NCBI GenBank assembly: GCA_030704615.1
Contig: CM060731.1
Coordinates: forward strand, 79,422,001-79,486,000
Length of the DNA stretch: 64,000 bases
DNA from: Takakia lepidozioides
Taxonomy: Eukaryota > Plantae > Bryophyta
Direction: 5' to 3'
Shown in pieces: positions 50,969 to 64,000 of this stretch; within the stretch, counting starts at the first letter, position 1, and the number at the start of each line of letters is the position of its first letter. The notes under the pieces are model-generated. The model did not search any database. It saw only the letters and a list, made by a program, of their open reading frames with translations, and had not been told where the DNA came from. Made by a program: the position numbers and the translations under genes.

Positions 50969-51518
50969 TTCACGCCAAGTAATAGAAGTGCCCGGGGAGT
51001 TGAATGCCCTGACACCCCTGTCAACGCCCTCAGCCCTGGCCCACCTGGCCCTCGTTGGGGCCCATCCCCCTCCGCGGTCGCTCGCCCCACCGCGGTGAAC
51101 TACATAACTACATGAACTGCCCCACATGACCGAATGTCCCCCCATGCCCACCATCCCCCCTATGAGTACCATGCATGCTCATTCCCATGCATACTCTGAA
51201 TCCTACTGAAAGCCATACATGACATGCCTGCGAAGACATGCTTGGGGTTTACGAAAATTTGAATTTCAAATTCCCAAAAAAAAAACGGCGGACGTTCCCG
51301 CCGGCTGTATTTGCATTGATGTCTTGAATTGGAAGCTCCCATCCCGCGGTTTAGCATTGCATTGCTCTTCCAAACAGCATATACGTTTGTTCTTTCTTTA
51401 CTGGCATGTCGCTCTCCAAAGACGTTGTTGTTCCTCGCTTGGTCGCACAATTGCGAAGCGCCGTTCAAACCCCTTTCATAGGCCCCTTCTCACACCACGC
51501 ACTATCCTGGAGGGAGCA

Positions 51519-54240
51519 ATGGCACGGAGGTGCGGCTGATTGTAGCAGGGCGGAAATGGCTTTTGTTCCGTGGAATCGTGTGGAAAACTTCATTGCAGGA
51601 GAGTCGGCGCGCCCAGATGCCCCTTGTAAATTCATCAAACAGCGGCAATCTATGACACAAGAAGGTGGGCCCTGCAGGCACCACGCATGAACAGCTGCTT
51701 GCAAATGACTAGGTTTATTTTCAATCGTAGTTTTTCATGTATTTCCGGCAGTTTGTTTCCTGTTGTGTTTCGTGTTGTCGTGTCGTGCAATATGTCTGTA
51801 CTTACATTCCTCGCCTTGTGGTTTGGAATTTGCGATGCGACCTTTGGTACCAACGAGAAAAAGGTGCGGTGCCACTATGTTTTGTCCTTCCCACCGTGAT
51901 TCCCTGTCTGTATGCTACCCTCTTCTCCATGTATATATTCTACTTCATGACCTCATCGCTGCCTATCCTTCCTCAATGATTGTTACGTATTGTGTTTCTC
52001 CTTGTCGCCTCCACTTCCTACAGTACTCCCACACTAACATTTTTCTTCTCCACTCACACAAACCACTCTTGATGCGATCTTCCTGGATCTGGATTACGAG
52101 ACTCCCCAATTTCGGCTTGCAATTTCGTGACCAAAAGTATACATCAAGCCCACCCGCGCACCAACTGATGACAATGTCGACAGACCTTCCCACAAACACA
52201 CCTTCAATATGGCTCCCTTTCCAGACCCAATGGCCGGTGAAAGACCTCGGAGGACGTCTGCGCATAGTTCCGACCCACGGTCTCTTCCCACTATTTCCTG
52301 TCTTTGCTTCATGACCACCACATGCAGCTTCTCCAACTTCCCGTCTCCGTAATGCAGGTGACGGTTTGCGTGCCCTCTCTTATTTCTAGATCCACAATAG
52401 ATAGTACGAAACAGGCTGTCCCCTTTCTGGTCAGTTCCTCCGCTTCTTCCGTGCTGCACATCTTTGCACTCATCTTCTTCTCTCCTTCTTTCTACACCAC
52501 TACATCGTCTGCTCGTGAAACATATGGCTCCATCATGCGTTGTCAAACAGTTACGGGCGGACGTCTCTTATATGCGGAAAGTCATCCGGCCAGTAGCCAC
52601 GGTCCATATTTTGAATTCAAATTTCTCCTGTTATGTGTTATGAAATACATGAAGTCTGAATCCACTAAGAATTTGTGCTGTGCTGGTGCAGTACCCACTG
52701 TACACTATGATGGTATTCGACCAATGGCTTAATGGAATCCTAGTGGCATATGTTGTCACAGCAAGGAGCAAGACAGTCGACCTGGAACCATGGATGTTGG
52801 CGCTCAATGTACGAATGACTGCTGCTCATCCGCTTTGGCGTCCAAATGCGTTTATTGTGGACGATGCGAATGTTGAAATCAATGCCATCAGGTATGCTCA
52901 AAATACATCCCTATATGGCCAGTCACCGAATACATGAGTATGACTGCCTGGATTCAAGAATTTTGTTTCGTGCATGACATCATCTACTCTCAAGATGTTT
53001 TCACTGTGTTCTCCTGTGCTGGCTGCAAATTCGGAGCAGATCGGTTTGGGGCGACTCCGCTATTTTTTTGTGCTTGTGGCATGTGCGTAGAGCATGGTTG
53101 AAAAATGCGGTGGCAAAGATTAAAGATCCAGCAATGCGTGCCTCGGTTTTGCACGACTTGGGCGAAATTATGTACGACTCCAGAGGGATATCCGGACATG
53201 CAGTTGCTGCCTGGGCCGTGTACAAACTTATTAGCTTGAGGGAGAAGTACCCTAGTTGGCACGAGTTCATGCATTACATGGAGACATACTGGCTGCCGAA
53301 GGTGGACATGTGGATAATGGGGTCTCAAAAGATCCCCCATGCTTCTCAAGATACAAACTCAGCAATTGAGGCGTACCATGGAAATCTGAAAGCCCAACTT
53401 AAGAGCACGAAGTGCACCCTCACCAGCTGCCGTGTCGACTGGCTGGTCTCAGAGCTTGTTGGCGATGTTCTCACTCACTACTGGTACATGACTCAGCTGA
53501 AAGAATATGGGTTTGTGCGCAACAAAAGACAAGAGGGATTTGTTTGCAGTTCCTTTTGGCGGCCCGTGAAATTCCAGATGCGAACGTCAAATTGCCCGAA
53601 GAACCGGGTGGTGCTGCTATTGTCAAATGTGACCTCCGGCCTAACACAACGTACACCATTCACAAACCGGAATCCACGTGGGCATGTTGTGACTGTACCT
53701 GGGCACATAAGGGGAATTTGTGTGCACACCAAGTGAAAGTATTGCAAATGCTTCATCCGCACTTGGAGGAGGGACTCATTGCCAAATTTTGTGGTTCGTT
53801 ACTTGGGGCGAAAGAAGGGGCCCTGGTCCGTCTCATTGCAGGCCCAACCACAATTCTTCCTCCAAATTCAACGTCAGCATCATCTCCCAACCCTGCAGGC
53901 AAGTCCACTTCCACTCAAAAGCCCATCAACAGACTTGAACGCATGTATACAATCTGAAATACATGACCTTCTAGAAGTCACTTACGGAAACGTCCGTCTC
54001 CAACAACATTTTCTTGCGATGTTGCGACTTGCCCGGGGAAAAATTATGGGACTGAAATCACAGATCCTTGAGGGAATCGCTCACCCGGCCAGTGAGCCCA
54101 CTCTCTCCGTTGTGAACGATGGGAAAGGCAAATCCCTTGCTCGTTTGAAAGACTTCTTGGAGGGCCCTGGTAAGCGATGCCGCCGTAACGACACCACAGA
54201 TCTTTCTCCTTCAGCCCGTAAACGCCTCTACGACTACTGA
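51519..54240 (+). pseudogene. MULE-type transposase with SWIM zinc finger, multi-exon, frameshifted
   Basis: AFVPWNRVENFIAGE; YPLYTMMVFD..PNAFIVDDANVEINAIR; LCLWHVRRAW; DTNSAIEAYHGNLK; CDC..GNLCAHQ (SWIM). Confidence 0.85.
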
Positions 54241-54317
54241 CCTGCACAGACAGTTTCTTTCATTCTATGTAGTGATGTTTCTTCATTGTATGTATTGATT
54301 ATTGAGCTTACCATGAA

Positions 54318-54610
54318 ATTTACTTACGGTGTGGCGCCATGTCGATTTGTGCCATTCCGTCGACTTGCATGTGACCTTCAGAAGCCCCCTTTGAGGTCGT
54401 TCACATACATTGAATCCAAACTGGCATTCCCCTGCACAGATAGTTCCTTTCTTTCGCCTTCTTTCTATGTACTTTAATACTGTCCATACCATCTAATTTA
54501 CTTGCGGTGTGGCGCCTTACCCATTTGGTGTGTCTGTCGACTTGCATGTCACCCTTCACAAGCCCATTTTCAGGACGTTCGCATATATTGAATGCAAACT
54601 ACCATTCCCA
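54318..54610. repeat. Two diverged ~110-bp direct repeats ~180 bp apart
   Basis: tactt.cggtgtggcgcc...gtcgacttgcatgt...attgaat.caaact at 54321 and 54500. Confidence 0.75.
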
Positions 54611-56959
54611 CATCCTTCGAACACGGTCCATCCATATACACGGATGGCAGTTACACATGTCAAATCGGATGGGAACACCCTCAAGTCTCATTCATCCTGT
54701 GCAAAAATTTAACCTCCCCTTTCAGTTGGAAATTGGTGGGATTCCGAAAGTCCTCATAATTCAATGTCAATGTTAACGTTATTAACTTGTCCACGCAGTA
54801 TACCTGGTCCGGCCGTGGCCTTGCTCTTCCTCCACCCGGCCAACAGACTCACGAAGCCCTCCAGTGGGCCCCAGGCAGTATGACACCTTCACAAACTCCT
54901 CATGAAACACACATAAACTCGTTGGTTCTCCCTTATCAACGCTGACACTTATCAAGGGCGATCCCTTGATCATACTACTTCGACATTGCTGCTCCCATGT
55001 CATTGCCCCACCATACTGCGCAACTAGGCTATGCCCATACATACTCCTAGTTATTGGACTGCCTCTCAATGGTACCCCCCGTACTGCCCCCTCATACAAT
55101 CTTATCATCCATATTGTAGAATACACCTAGTGCCATGGGCGACACCCCAACACAACCATCTTAATTTAACGCGAAAAATACGCACATCTCATCCTTGCAA
55201 TTAGACAGCAAGGATGGTGCACTGGCCCCTTAACAATAATCATAGTATGAACCAGAGGTGGTATCCACAATGTTAGCTAGCCTACATGCTCTACATAACA
55301 ACTTCAAAATCCGTACTACACATTTCCATCAATGCTTAAAAAATATCCATCTCACTACCATCAGATCCCTTACTGCCATCATCACTAACAAACGTAAACT
55401 ATAACAAACACACACATAAAATAACGGTTACGGGCGCAACGACCCTTTTGCTTCTATATGGCCCACCCCCGAAAGGGGGAAGTAGCCACAAGGCGAAGTG
55501 GCTCTTAGATACACCGGTGGCCTGCCATCAACGGTGGTGGACACTGGATTTTCTTGCCCCCTGGCACTTTGGAAAATTCTAGGGAGCATGGCATTTATTA
55601 TTTTAGGGCGCTGAAAATTCCCACTTCTGCTCCTCCCTAACCTGTACATTTTCTCTTTAGGGTTCACTTCCATCCACTATCATCCATGAAAGCTCGATCG
55701 TGGCAAAAATCTGATGCGACCGGATTCGGGTCGCGTCGTCCTTTAAGGGTTAAGGAAACAGAGAGAATCATTGCACGATTAGAGACAGGAGATAGACATT
55801 ATCTTCAGTGATATATATACAATGAGCGGCATTGAAGGTAATTTGAAAGAAATCACTGCATAAGAGTGGCGGCAGAGGAAGATGGCCTCAACAATTAGCC
55901 TGAAATGGAAATAATATAAATAACCAGCAAATAAGCAGCTTCCTGTGGGCCCTATGCTTTTTTGTGTTACTGCACCGTGCCTACTCTCTCTCTTGTCTGG
56001 GGATGGTGCTCTTCCCATCTATGTGTAGTGGGAATGATATTGGTTTTCTCTACTGGGACACAATCACAAGCCTTGTGAAACAAGATGCATTGTAGGAAGA
56101 ACCAACGACATAATAACTAATGCTAGCTCTCATTTCAGAGGATCGGGATCGGAAAACAATAGGAATAATGTAAGAACTTAATGCAAACGTGCGATATCTT
56201 TCCAACATGTCACCCCTCTTCAGAGTGACACAGATTAATGGGGTGACATGCAATGCGTGACATCATCCAGAGCGACACCAAACACCGGGGTGACATGGAA
56301 GGGAGTGTCTCTCCAATCGAGGTAACTCCCACTTGGTGTCATTGTCATGGAATTTGACTAATTATAAAGATTACTAGGAGGAAGTTACAACAGACATGGG
56401 GTGACACAAACCACGCAAGTTGGGGTGACACCACTGGCCAGCCAAGAATCAAACCCCGCACCTCATAGCTACTACTCCACACTGCATAGATAGAACCCAC
56501 CTGCATTCTGAAATAGTGAGTCCTGCCTAATAAGAGGGGATGGCGAGGATTTGACAGAGGGCCTGAAGCGGGCGAAAGTACCATCAGATTTCTCGCATGA
56601 ATTAAGTTTGATACATTATTCCTATTGTTTTCCGTGGCTGTGTACTTCCAGCGATTTTTTTGTGAATAGCTAACATGTTTAGCATATGTCTCTTGACCTC
56701 AAACGGCTCAATGGCTCAAGCGGGAAGGTGGACACCTTTGTGACATCATTCGGTGGATTGAACCCACATCCACTTCCGAGGTGGTATGTGCCCATTACCC
56801 ATGGGGCACAACTTGGTTGTCGTGAGTGGCCACAATTATATGGACCCAACTTCCACGTTTTCAAGGAAAATCATGAGAGATTTTGTGAACGACATGACAT
56901 GAAACCGTGAATCCTTTGTTCCTGCGATGGTTTCAAAGGATTCGTTCTAAGGAAGTCCT

Positions 56960-57250
56960 AAAAAATCGTCATCCTTGATGGTCATGGGTCTCACGTATAA
57001 TCTCAGAAGTTGCTACCATGGGTTTAGATTTGTTCGTGATACCTCCGTACACCTCTCATGCATTGCAACCGTTGGACATTGCAGCCTTTTCATTTAGTGG
57101 CATTTAGATTGGATCGCTGACTGACACTTCGGTACCAATTTCGAGAACGCAGCCTTAGCTAGGATAGTTAGTCGAGCACTGACTTGTACTCGTACTCGTA
57201 GCTGTAATGCTACCGGCTTTCGGGCAATTTGCTTATGGCCACTGAATCCC
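56960..57250 (+). pseudogene. pogo/Tigger-like DDE_1 transposase relic
   Basis: VILDGHGSHV; FVIPPYTSHALQPLDIAAF; TGFRAICLWPLNP. Confidence 0.75.
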
Positions 57251-58029
57251 TCTACATGTGCAAACAAATTTGGACAAAGTGAGTCTTACGTGGAAGCAGC
57301 TTGCAGAGAAGAATGTTGTAAGCTTGACTTAGGCTTTTCGCCGTAAGTCCATGTGAACGAACTAGAAGTGGATGATAGAGAAACAAATTTGTAGGCAGCT
57401 TAATTAGAAGTGGGTATACAAAACGATTGACATGACAGGTTATATGATCTGGATCCTACAACACCATATATATAACCAGAATCAAGACTCGAGGAGGAGC
57501 AAGATGTAGACCTGCATGTGTTGTGTGCGAATGTGCGAAACAAAACAACACTAAACGAATCAGTGCATGCGGGATCGGAGTAGGATGATGATATGTCTGC
57601 ATGTGTGCAAAAAGAGAGTGATGATGTCTTTCTTAATATGCATTTGAGAATAACGTTTATGGAGTCGATGGAGTTGTACGAGAACAAAGCAGAACTCAAT
57701 TCCCAATGGACTACTGTCCAGAGTCCAGACATCTTCTAATGTACCTACCCAGCCGACCCTGGGCCGCCTTGAAGTATCCACACACGTTATGGGACCATGG
57801 ACTTACTGACCCCTCTTGTGCATGGTTTGAGTGATCATGGTGGGTGACATCCAGCATACCTACCTATATTGTTTTGACCCACAAAATATTTGCAAAATGA
57901 TCCTAACCATTCTTGATGCTTGAAAGCTACCTCTAGATCAGACAGAAAAAGAAGAAGAAAGAAAAAGAGAAACCGAGTACATACTTCCATGTGGGAGTAT
58001 TTGCTAGATTTCTCACGAGTGGCCATGAA

Positions 58030-61000
58030 TAGCTCTCAAGTGGGCTCAATCCTGACTACCACATCTTGAAAAATTTTAATAGGAATAGACGTGGTAATTT
58101 GCACGTCCAATGAAGTTTGGTCAACCTCCAAAATCAGTTCAACTGGTTCCTTTGCACTCTCGGTACACCTCAGTAGAGTCTTTAGGATTTTGAGAGAAGT
58201 TGGAAAGCACCCTGCAACGGATTTGTGGGTTTTCCGTTTCATGTAAGGTAGCCTCCAGAGCTATGATTCTTACGTATGATTTGAAAGGGCCATATCGCAC
58301 AGGAAGAAGACAGAAAGCAGAAAGGTGAGATGACAACAGGTGTATTTGGAAAAGCAAACTACAGCTGACAGTGGCGTCATTTTGTGGGATGTCGCACTTG
58401 CACCATTTTGAGAACCTTAGGGCCACCGTCTGATGAGTCCGGAACAAAAGGAACCGTGTCCGACTCTGTCCGGCTCACCCTTCTTAACTGCTCAACACCG
58501 GTTTTTGGATATACTTTAGGAAAAGACCAGATCTATCCTTCCCTGCATACAAAGTACACATCGAAAAGCTTCCATTGGACCTCTTTTGAAGCTATAACTT
58601 TACGAGATCTATCCCTCTATCTCCTGTACTGAGATTTGATTGGAAATAGATGGGCAAAACTACTAGCAACTGAAGTCACTTAAGGTTGAATTAGCTAGCC
58701 AGTACCTCCCCACACTGCCAAGGACCCCAAACTTCAGCGAGGCGCTTAAATCTGTGACCCAGAGTCTATTTACCGGCATCTGTGATTCTAATTCCTTTGT
58801 AACATCGTCACATGCAGGCCTCTGGAAGCAGGGTTAAATGCTGGCCCCATGCTGGCTACTTTGAAGCAATTCCACCATGACGCTACAGTAGTGTCCATGC
58901 CAGAAAAGGTGAAAGCGCACTTGCACGGCAATAGGCCCCGCGCTCCGCTCCCGGATTGATCCCATAAAGAGAGACTTAAGACAGGAGCTGGAGGCCTCCA
59001 GGGGAGCTGGAGCTGTAGACCCCATGGGGTCCGGCAGGCTCGCTTATGGAGAGAGAGAAAGCGACAGTCCTACCGATGTGGAAGCTTATCCACATTCCAG
59101 CATCCCCTTTTTGATAGCTACATAGCTAGCAAGTGTATCTGCGGAACTGAAGCCTCCAAACTGCTCCATCAAACCCCGTCATCCTCGTGTCACCTCTCGT
59201 TTTTTCGCTGTCTTTGTTTGTTATTCATGGAGCTGCGTCTCATAAGACTGCCAGGGGTCTTTCAGGTGCGGGGTTTTGGACTGGTCAGTGGATCATCTTC
59301 TCATGAACGCTAATTGCGTAGTGGGGTGCTCTTTTGACCCTCTTTGTACCCACTTGGGCTCGCCATGGATCACTTCTTTACTCTCCACACAAGCTCCCTG
59401 ATGAAATTGCCAGAACAGTTGAAACTTGAAACCATCTGTAACTATGTTCAGATATATCAATTGGAACCTTTAACCGATACATCCCTTCTTCATCCCAAGA
59501 AGGGTTAATTCGTGTTTTGTGTTGACAAGGGCAGTTTCGTGTTGGTAATCGCAGAACGGAACGTGGCAGCTTGATCGTCGCCACGTCGTTGCACCTACAG
59601 GGGCATTCAGCGGGGACCTGGGGTAACCAGTAACTGTTTAAGAACTCACCATTCTGACCATGGTACTGAATTGCAACTTAGTCATGAATTGAGATCAGGC
59701 GGTTGAATCTGATGGCGTGCAAAACATCACCTGCTGTTCATCAGAGTTCATATAGTCCTGGGCTCGGCCTTTTGATGTCGACCGAGATAAAGTCTAGGTC
59801 GTTTTGGTGGATAAGTTTGTAAAGCCTGTTGAATCTGATGGCGGATTCAGATGATGTGCAGACTGCAGAGCTGTCCGTGATCCCATTAGCTCATGTACCC
59901 ACAAGCGATCGAGTTGTTACCGACACAGATTATGTGGCCGTCCTCCACTGATAGCTGACGGACGGCCAGCAGCCGTAGAAGCAGCTCAATCCCACGGCCC
60001 ACCGGAAGACCATCTTCTCCGAGACAAACGTCGTGACCACTGACCCGTTGTGGGTATGTGGGTACTGCACATACTTGCACACAGCAAGGATAAAGTGGAA
60101 TCTCGCACGTGAGGAGGTTTCAGAGCCACTTGGAGGTTGCAGGTCGCAGGTACCCTCTAGCGAAAATTGAAGAACAAAAGTACATTTCAAACCTCTTCAT
60201 GTTTAATGTTGCGCTAGTGTCCAGATTGACATTACCCACGGTCCGGTTGGATGTCACTCTTACCAGATCGATTGATTACTGACTTCTCATGATCGCTTTT
60301 GCCGTCAATAAATGTGAGGGCTGTGCATTCAGGCCCGTGCGAGGTGAGTTGCTGAATTTGGCAGCTGTGCCGGTCATGCATTTCTCATGCTCCAGGAACT
60401 ACTACTCAGAATAACTCCTTTGCACACAACTGAGCGTTCAGGGATGATACCTACACAGACGCGGCAATCTTGAATCTTATAAAGTTCTTTGGAGCCCGAC
60501 GCAACTGCATTCATTCATATGGCATTCTTTCATTGAATAACTGAATGGAAGAATGCAAGTGTTGATCCAGTCCCAGTTACAGGAATGATGGTACCTTCCT
60601 TTACAATTGATCATTTACGAAGATACACAAAATCTAAGAACATATATAGCATGAATAAGGAATGGACCAATTCTATCATTAGCTTGTCATAGATCTTGTT
60701 GTGTTTCTTTAACAGATTTTGGGCCAAGTCGGACTGGGGAGTTTACAACATTCCCTTAGATTGCCCAGGAAACCGTCACGGTTTACAGAATTGAAGTACC
60801 TAGAATTGAAGATTGACTAGGTAGGTACTTCTTGAGGATATCGGTGCAGACAAATCTCCCCTATCTATCAACTTATCATGAGCATTTATAAGCAAACTGA
60901 AATGTTGAAACAATCGTGTGATGGATGCAAAATGACCCTCCTCAGGGATGAGAATATAAGCCTCACTGGCTGATGCCATAATTTCTGCCAATATTCAATG

Positions 61001-63500
61001 ACTCATTGTTCATCGCAGTGAATGAGCTGCTGATTCTAACTCAAAATTCTCTGTCTCAGTGTACTCGAGTGTAGTGTACCTAGTAGTCAAGTGCAGTCCT
61101 GTCATACCTGCTGTGCCGTCTTTGCACTGCGCCCTTGTAAGTTTGCAAACCTAACCAACTGGGCTGTCACAGTGTAAACAAGGGGTCAATTATAGGGGTG
61201 CTTGTAATTGTTTCTCATTTCAGCCCTCAGCGCCCACTGTCCTTGTATTATAAATTCTGACCTTGAAAGGATGCTCCATCATAATAAGGCCATCTTCTCC
61301 CCTTTTGTTTGTGCTTGACGCCTCATGGCGAGGTTGTAATGAAAGAGGTGGTTTTCTCCTCCAACTATGGAGCTGCGTATTTCTCCAGAGTGTTTCACTT
61401 TTAAAAAATAAAAAATAAAAATAAAAAATGCGAACTTAAATTGATGGGATGGACCAAACACAGTGGGACTAGCCTAGCGCATGAGGTCCCAATATATAAC
61501 AAAATCAATAGTGGGATTCTTGTACATACAGATGATAAGAATAAGAACCCAATTTCATCCATCTAATCATATATATACCCATACATTTGGTACTCTCTAT
61601 AAATGATTGTCACTTTTCTTGCATCAGTATCCGGAAACTCCCAAAGTGTGTCCAAACTTCACCCATGAATGGCAAAAGCTCAGATGTACTCATTTGTGGT
61701 ACTAGAGAACATCCAAACGGTGATGTCACCGTGCCCTTTCGAACCAATGCACCATTTTTAAAGCAGGTGGGGCATCGCGTAGGAAGAGTCAAACATCAAA
61801 TGAAGGGTCCCTTGTCGGCATTTCCATGAACTTGGCTTGGCCCAATTCCATTACAAGGGCCGTCCTTGCCTCCAGGAATAGTAGGAGCCATCGAGCTGGT
61901 CGCAAGGGCCAACTCGATCCTCTCCAATGAGTATGGATGAACGGCTATTCACCGCACAATGATCGTAGCCAGCCTCATGACCCTCTGTGGGTACGAATTC
62001 GGGCTGGCAAACATCTTTTGCTGTGGATTGTTTAGGCTTATCGACCAACCCATGTGAGAGGGCAACTATTCCTTCTCCCTGTGAAAGTGAGGAGTTAGTA
62101 GTCCGACAGTGTCACTCAACTCAACACTTCTCCAAACAAGATGTTGATCCTGCATGCACATACAGACTGTCCCACTGTAATTTATAATGCTTTTCCTGTC
62201 ATACATGTCACGATTTGACCAAGGTCTCTTGGGACCTTGGTAACTCTCATCATTATCAGTCCCATGCGGGAAGAATTTATAAAGTGCTTTCTTTCTGATA
62301 GACTTTAAAACTGAAAAGCCCAACCTTGTCATGGAAATTCTTTGGTCAATGGCAGAGGAACATGAAGTTTCATCAGGCTAATCGTGCCGCCAGTTGTCAC
62401 GATGGTCTTATAAGTAATATTTTTTAAACACGCATATGACAAAGATACTGTGAAGGATGCAGACGCTTATTTCTGCGTGACCCCCTCCAGAGATTGGGTC
62501 ACCGGTTGCTGCTCACACGAAAGGATTGGCTGTAGATTGCAGGTTGTAGAGATTGAAAAGGCCTGCTATTAAGGGTGCTGGGTATTTGACGACAATTACT
62601 GCGCCCTCCACTTCAGGGGGTGAGGGGCTACATGCCACTACAAGAGTGTTCTTACCCCTCCATCACTAGATGGCCCCAATTGGACTTGGGAATTTGAGCA
62701 TTGGACACTTTGTTCACGAGCCCGGCAGAGTTGATCCGTTTGAACACCTTCTCGAAAATCCATTGTGTTTGCCCAGATTGTACTAATAAAGATGACATAT
62801 TCTGTAAGCCATTATTAGACAAAACTGTAATAATGCCTGCACTCTATGTAAATACATATTGGAGTTGAGATGCATGCATCCTCGGCTTTATGTGACGGCC
62901 CATTAGTCTAATCATCAATGGTAGGGTATGGGCCCTGAAAGGTTGGGGTGCCCCCCAACTGGCAGGTTTTTACATAATCTGTTCACAAATTGAAGTATTA
63001 ATTGCACATTGACCATATCGCCAGCTTATAGAATGGTTTATCCACTGGATTCACGCAGAGGGAACAAAGGGAATCCCACTACCTACTTACTGGTGCACAC
63101 GCACAACGTCTTTCCTTAAAACCCTATTCCCACCTTCGCCTGTTAGATTTTGTCAGGAGCGCCTCAGTGTGTCGTGCTGATATTGGTCACACGCCGCTAA
63201 GACTAGCAGACGAGCTGAGCCTTTGGCCTGCTCTCTCTCTCCACTCAAAACTTTTCCTGCTCTGACCTCTCCCGCTAGCGTGGATCACACCTTTTGATCC
63301 ACGTGAGCGGGCCACGTCACTGCGTTGGGCTATGTGCCAAGATGCAGAGGATGAAGCCAGTCCGCAGAGGCAGGAGGCAGGCAGCAAGGGAAAGGTGTTG
63401 GAGGAACAAAGGGAGGATGTTGGAAAAGGGCATGGGTGGCATGTTTAGGAACTGTGGCAGAAGAGCCCGCGACGAGGAGGAGGAAGGTGGTGGGGCGGGG
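58030..63500 (-). other. Probable multi-exon gene or pseudogene of unknown product
   Basis: Short AG..GT-bounded exon-like segments on the - strand (e.g. 58705-58780, 59732-59863) below a CpG island; no recognisable domain. Confidence 0.3.
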
Positions 63501-63539
63501 CAGTGCGAGGAGCAGGAGAGGGCGGGGCCGGGGCAGACG

Positions 63540-64000
63540 GAGTAGGTAGTAAGCCCTACAATAATTGGGAGAGAGCCACCAAAGTATCTAACGTGCGCGC
63601 TTTTTCCCGACACGCTGCCACCGCACGCTGCGGGATCGCCCAACCGGGCACCGCCACGGAGGCGCGGGGCAGCCAGTCGCAGGTCCCACGTGGCACACGT
63701 TTCTCGTCGCGCTGCGAGGCAGTCGTCGCGCGGGTACGATGGGGCGCGCGGGCGGGCCCCGCCCGCGCGCTCACACGAATGCGCGCTGCGCGGAAAAGCG
63801 CGCGGGCGCGGAGGCGGGCCAATGAGGCGCGCGCGTGTCGCGCGATAGTCGGTGCGCCGTGCAGCCCCGCCCGCGCCCCGCGGCACCGCACGACTCCGCG
63901 CCTGCCCGGCTGCCTGCCCGGCTGCCCGCCCTGCGCGACTGGAGGCGCGTGACGGTGGGCAGCGTGGGAGGTAGGCGAGTAGGGTCGCGGGCCCGATAGG
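63540..64000. promoter_or_regulatory. CpG-island-like GC-rich promoter region
   Basis: Dense CG/CGCG, G-box CACGTG (~63687), CCAAT (~63819), GC boxes. Confidence 0.55.

Noticed and set aside
55706-55753. GCGACC..GGTCGC hairpin plus AGGG-TTAA piggyBac-like end
   Set aside because: Single short instance with no partner terminus found
63187-63952. Overlapping Arg/Ala/Gly-rich ORFs on both strands
   Set aside because: Expected artefact of very high GC content in a CpG island

Overview
Eukaryotic, TE-saturated land-plant nuclear DNA. A non-seed plant such as a bryophyte, lycophyte or fern is suspected from element types, but that is inference. The only clearly intact host gene is an intronless kissper-kiwellin (14620-15327, -). 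1-12148: two halves of one Ty3/gypsy non-chromovirus family lie head-to-head, and both LTR ends carry the same 5-bp flank. 12.1-21.5 kb: fragments, the kiwellin gene, and a near-identical copy of its promoter/signal peptide/kissper region fused in frame to a chromovirus RT. 21.5-43 kb: a cluster of decayed genes (a Trp-rich unknown, two Ulp1-like proteases, a BED/hAT transposase, a RING-H2 protein and a protein kinase). Three ~50-bp-periodic arrays of a palindromic GCGACCGCC-N-GGCGGTCGC motif each sit upstream of one of the last three genes, and four back-to-back long foldbacks lie between the RING and kinase genes. This is the best candidate for an undescribed cargo-carrying DNA transposon system. 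43.3-50.4 kb: a dead gag with a nested tRNA-SINE, a CACTA MITE and a two-LTR chromovirus. 51-57 kb: a MULE/SWIM transposase and a pogo-like relic. 58-64 kb: a probable multi-exon gene below a CpG island (unresolved).
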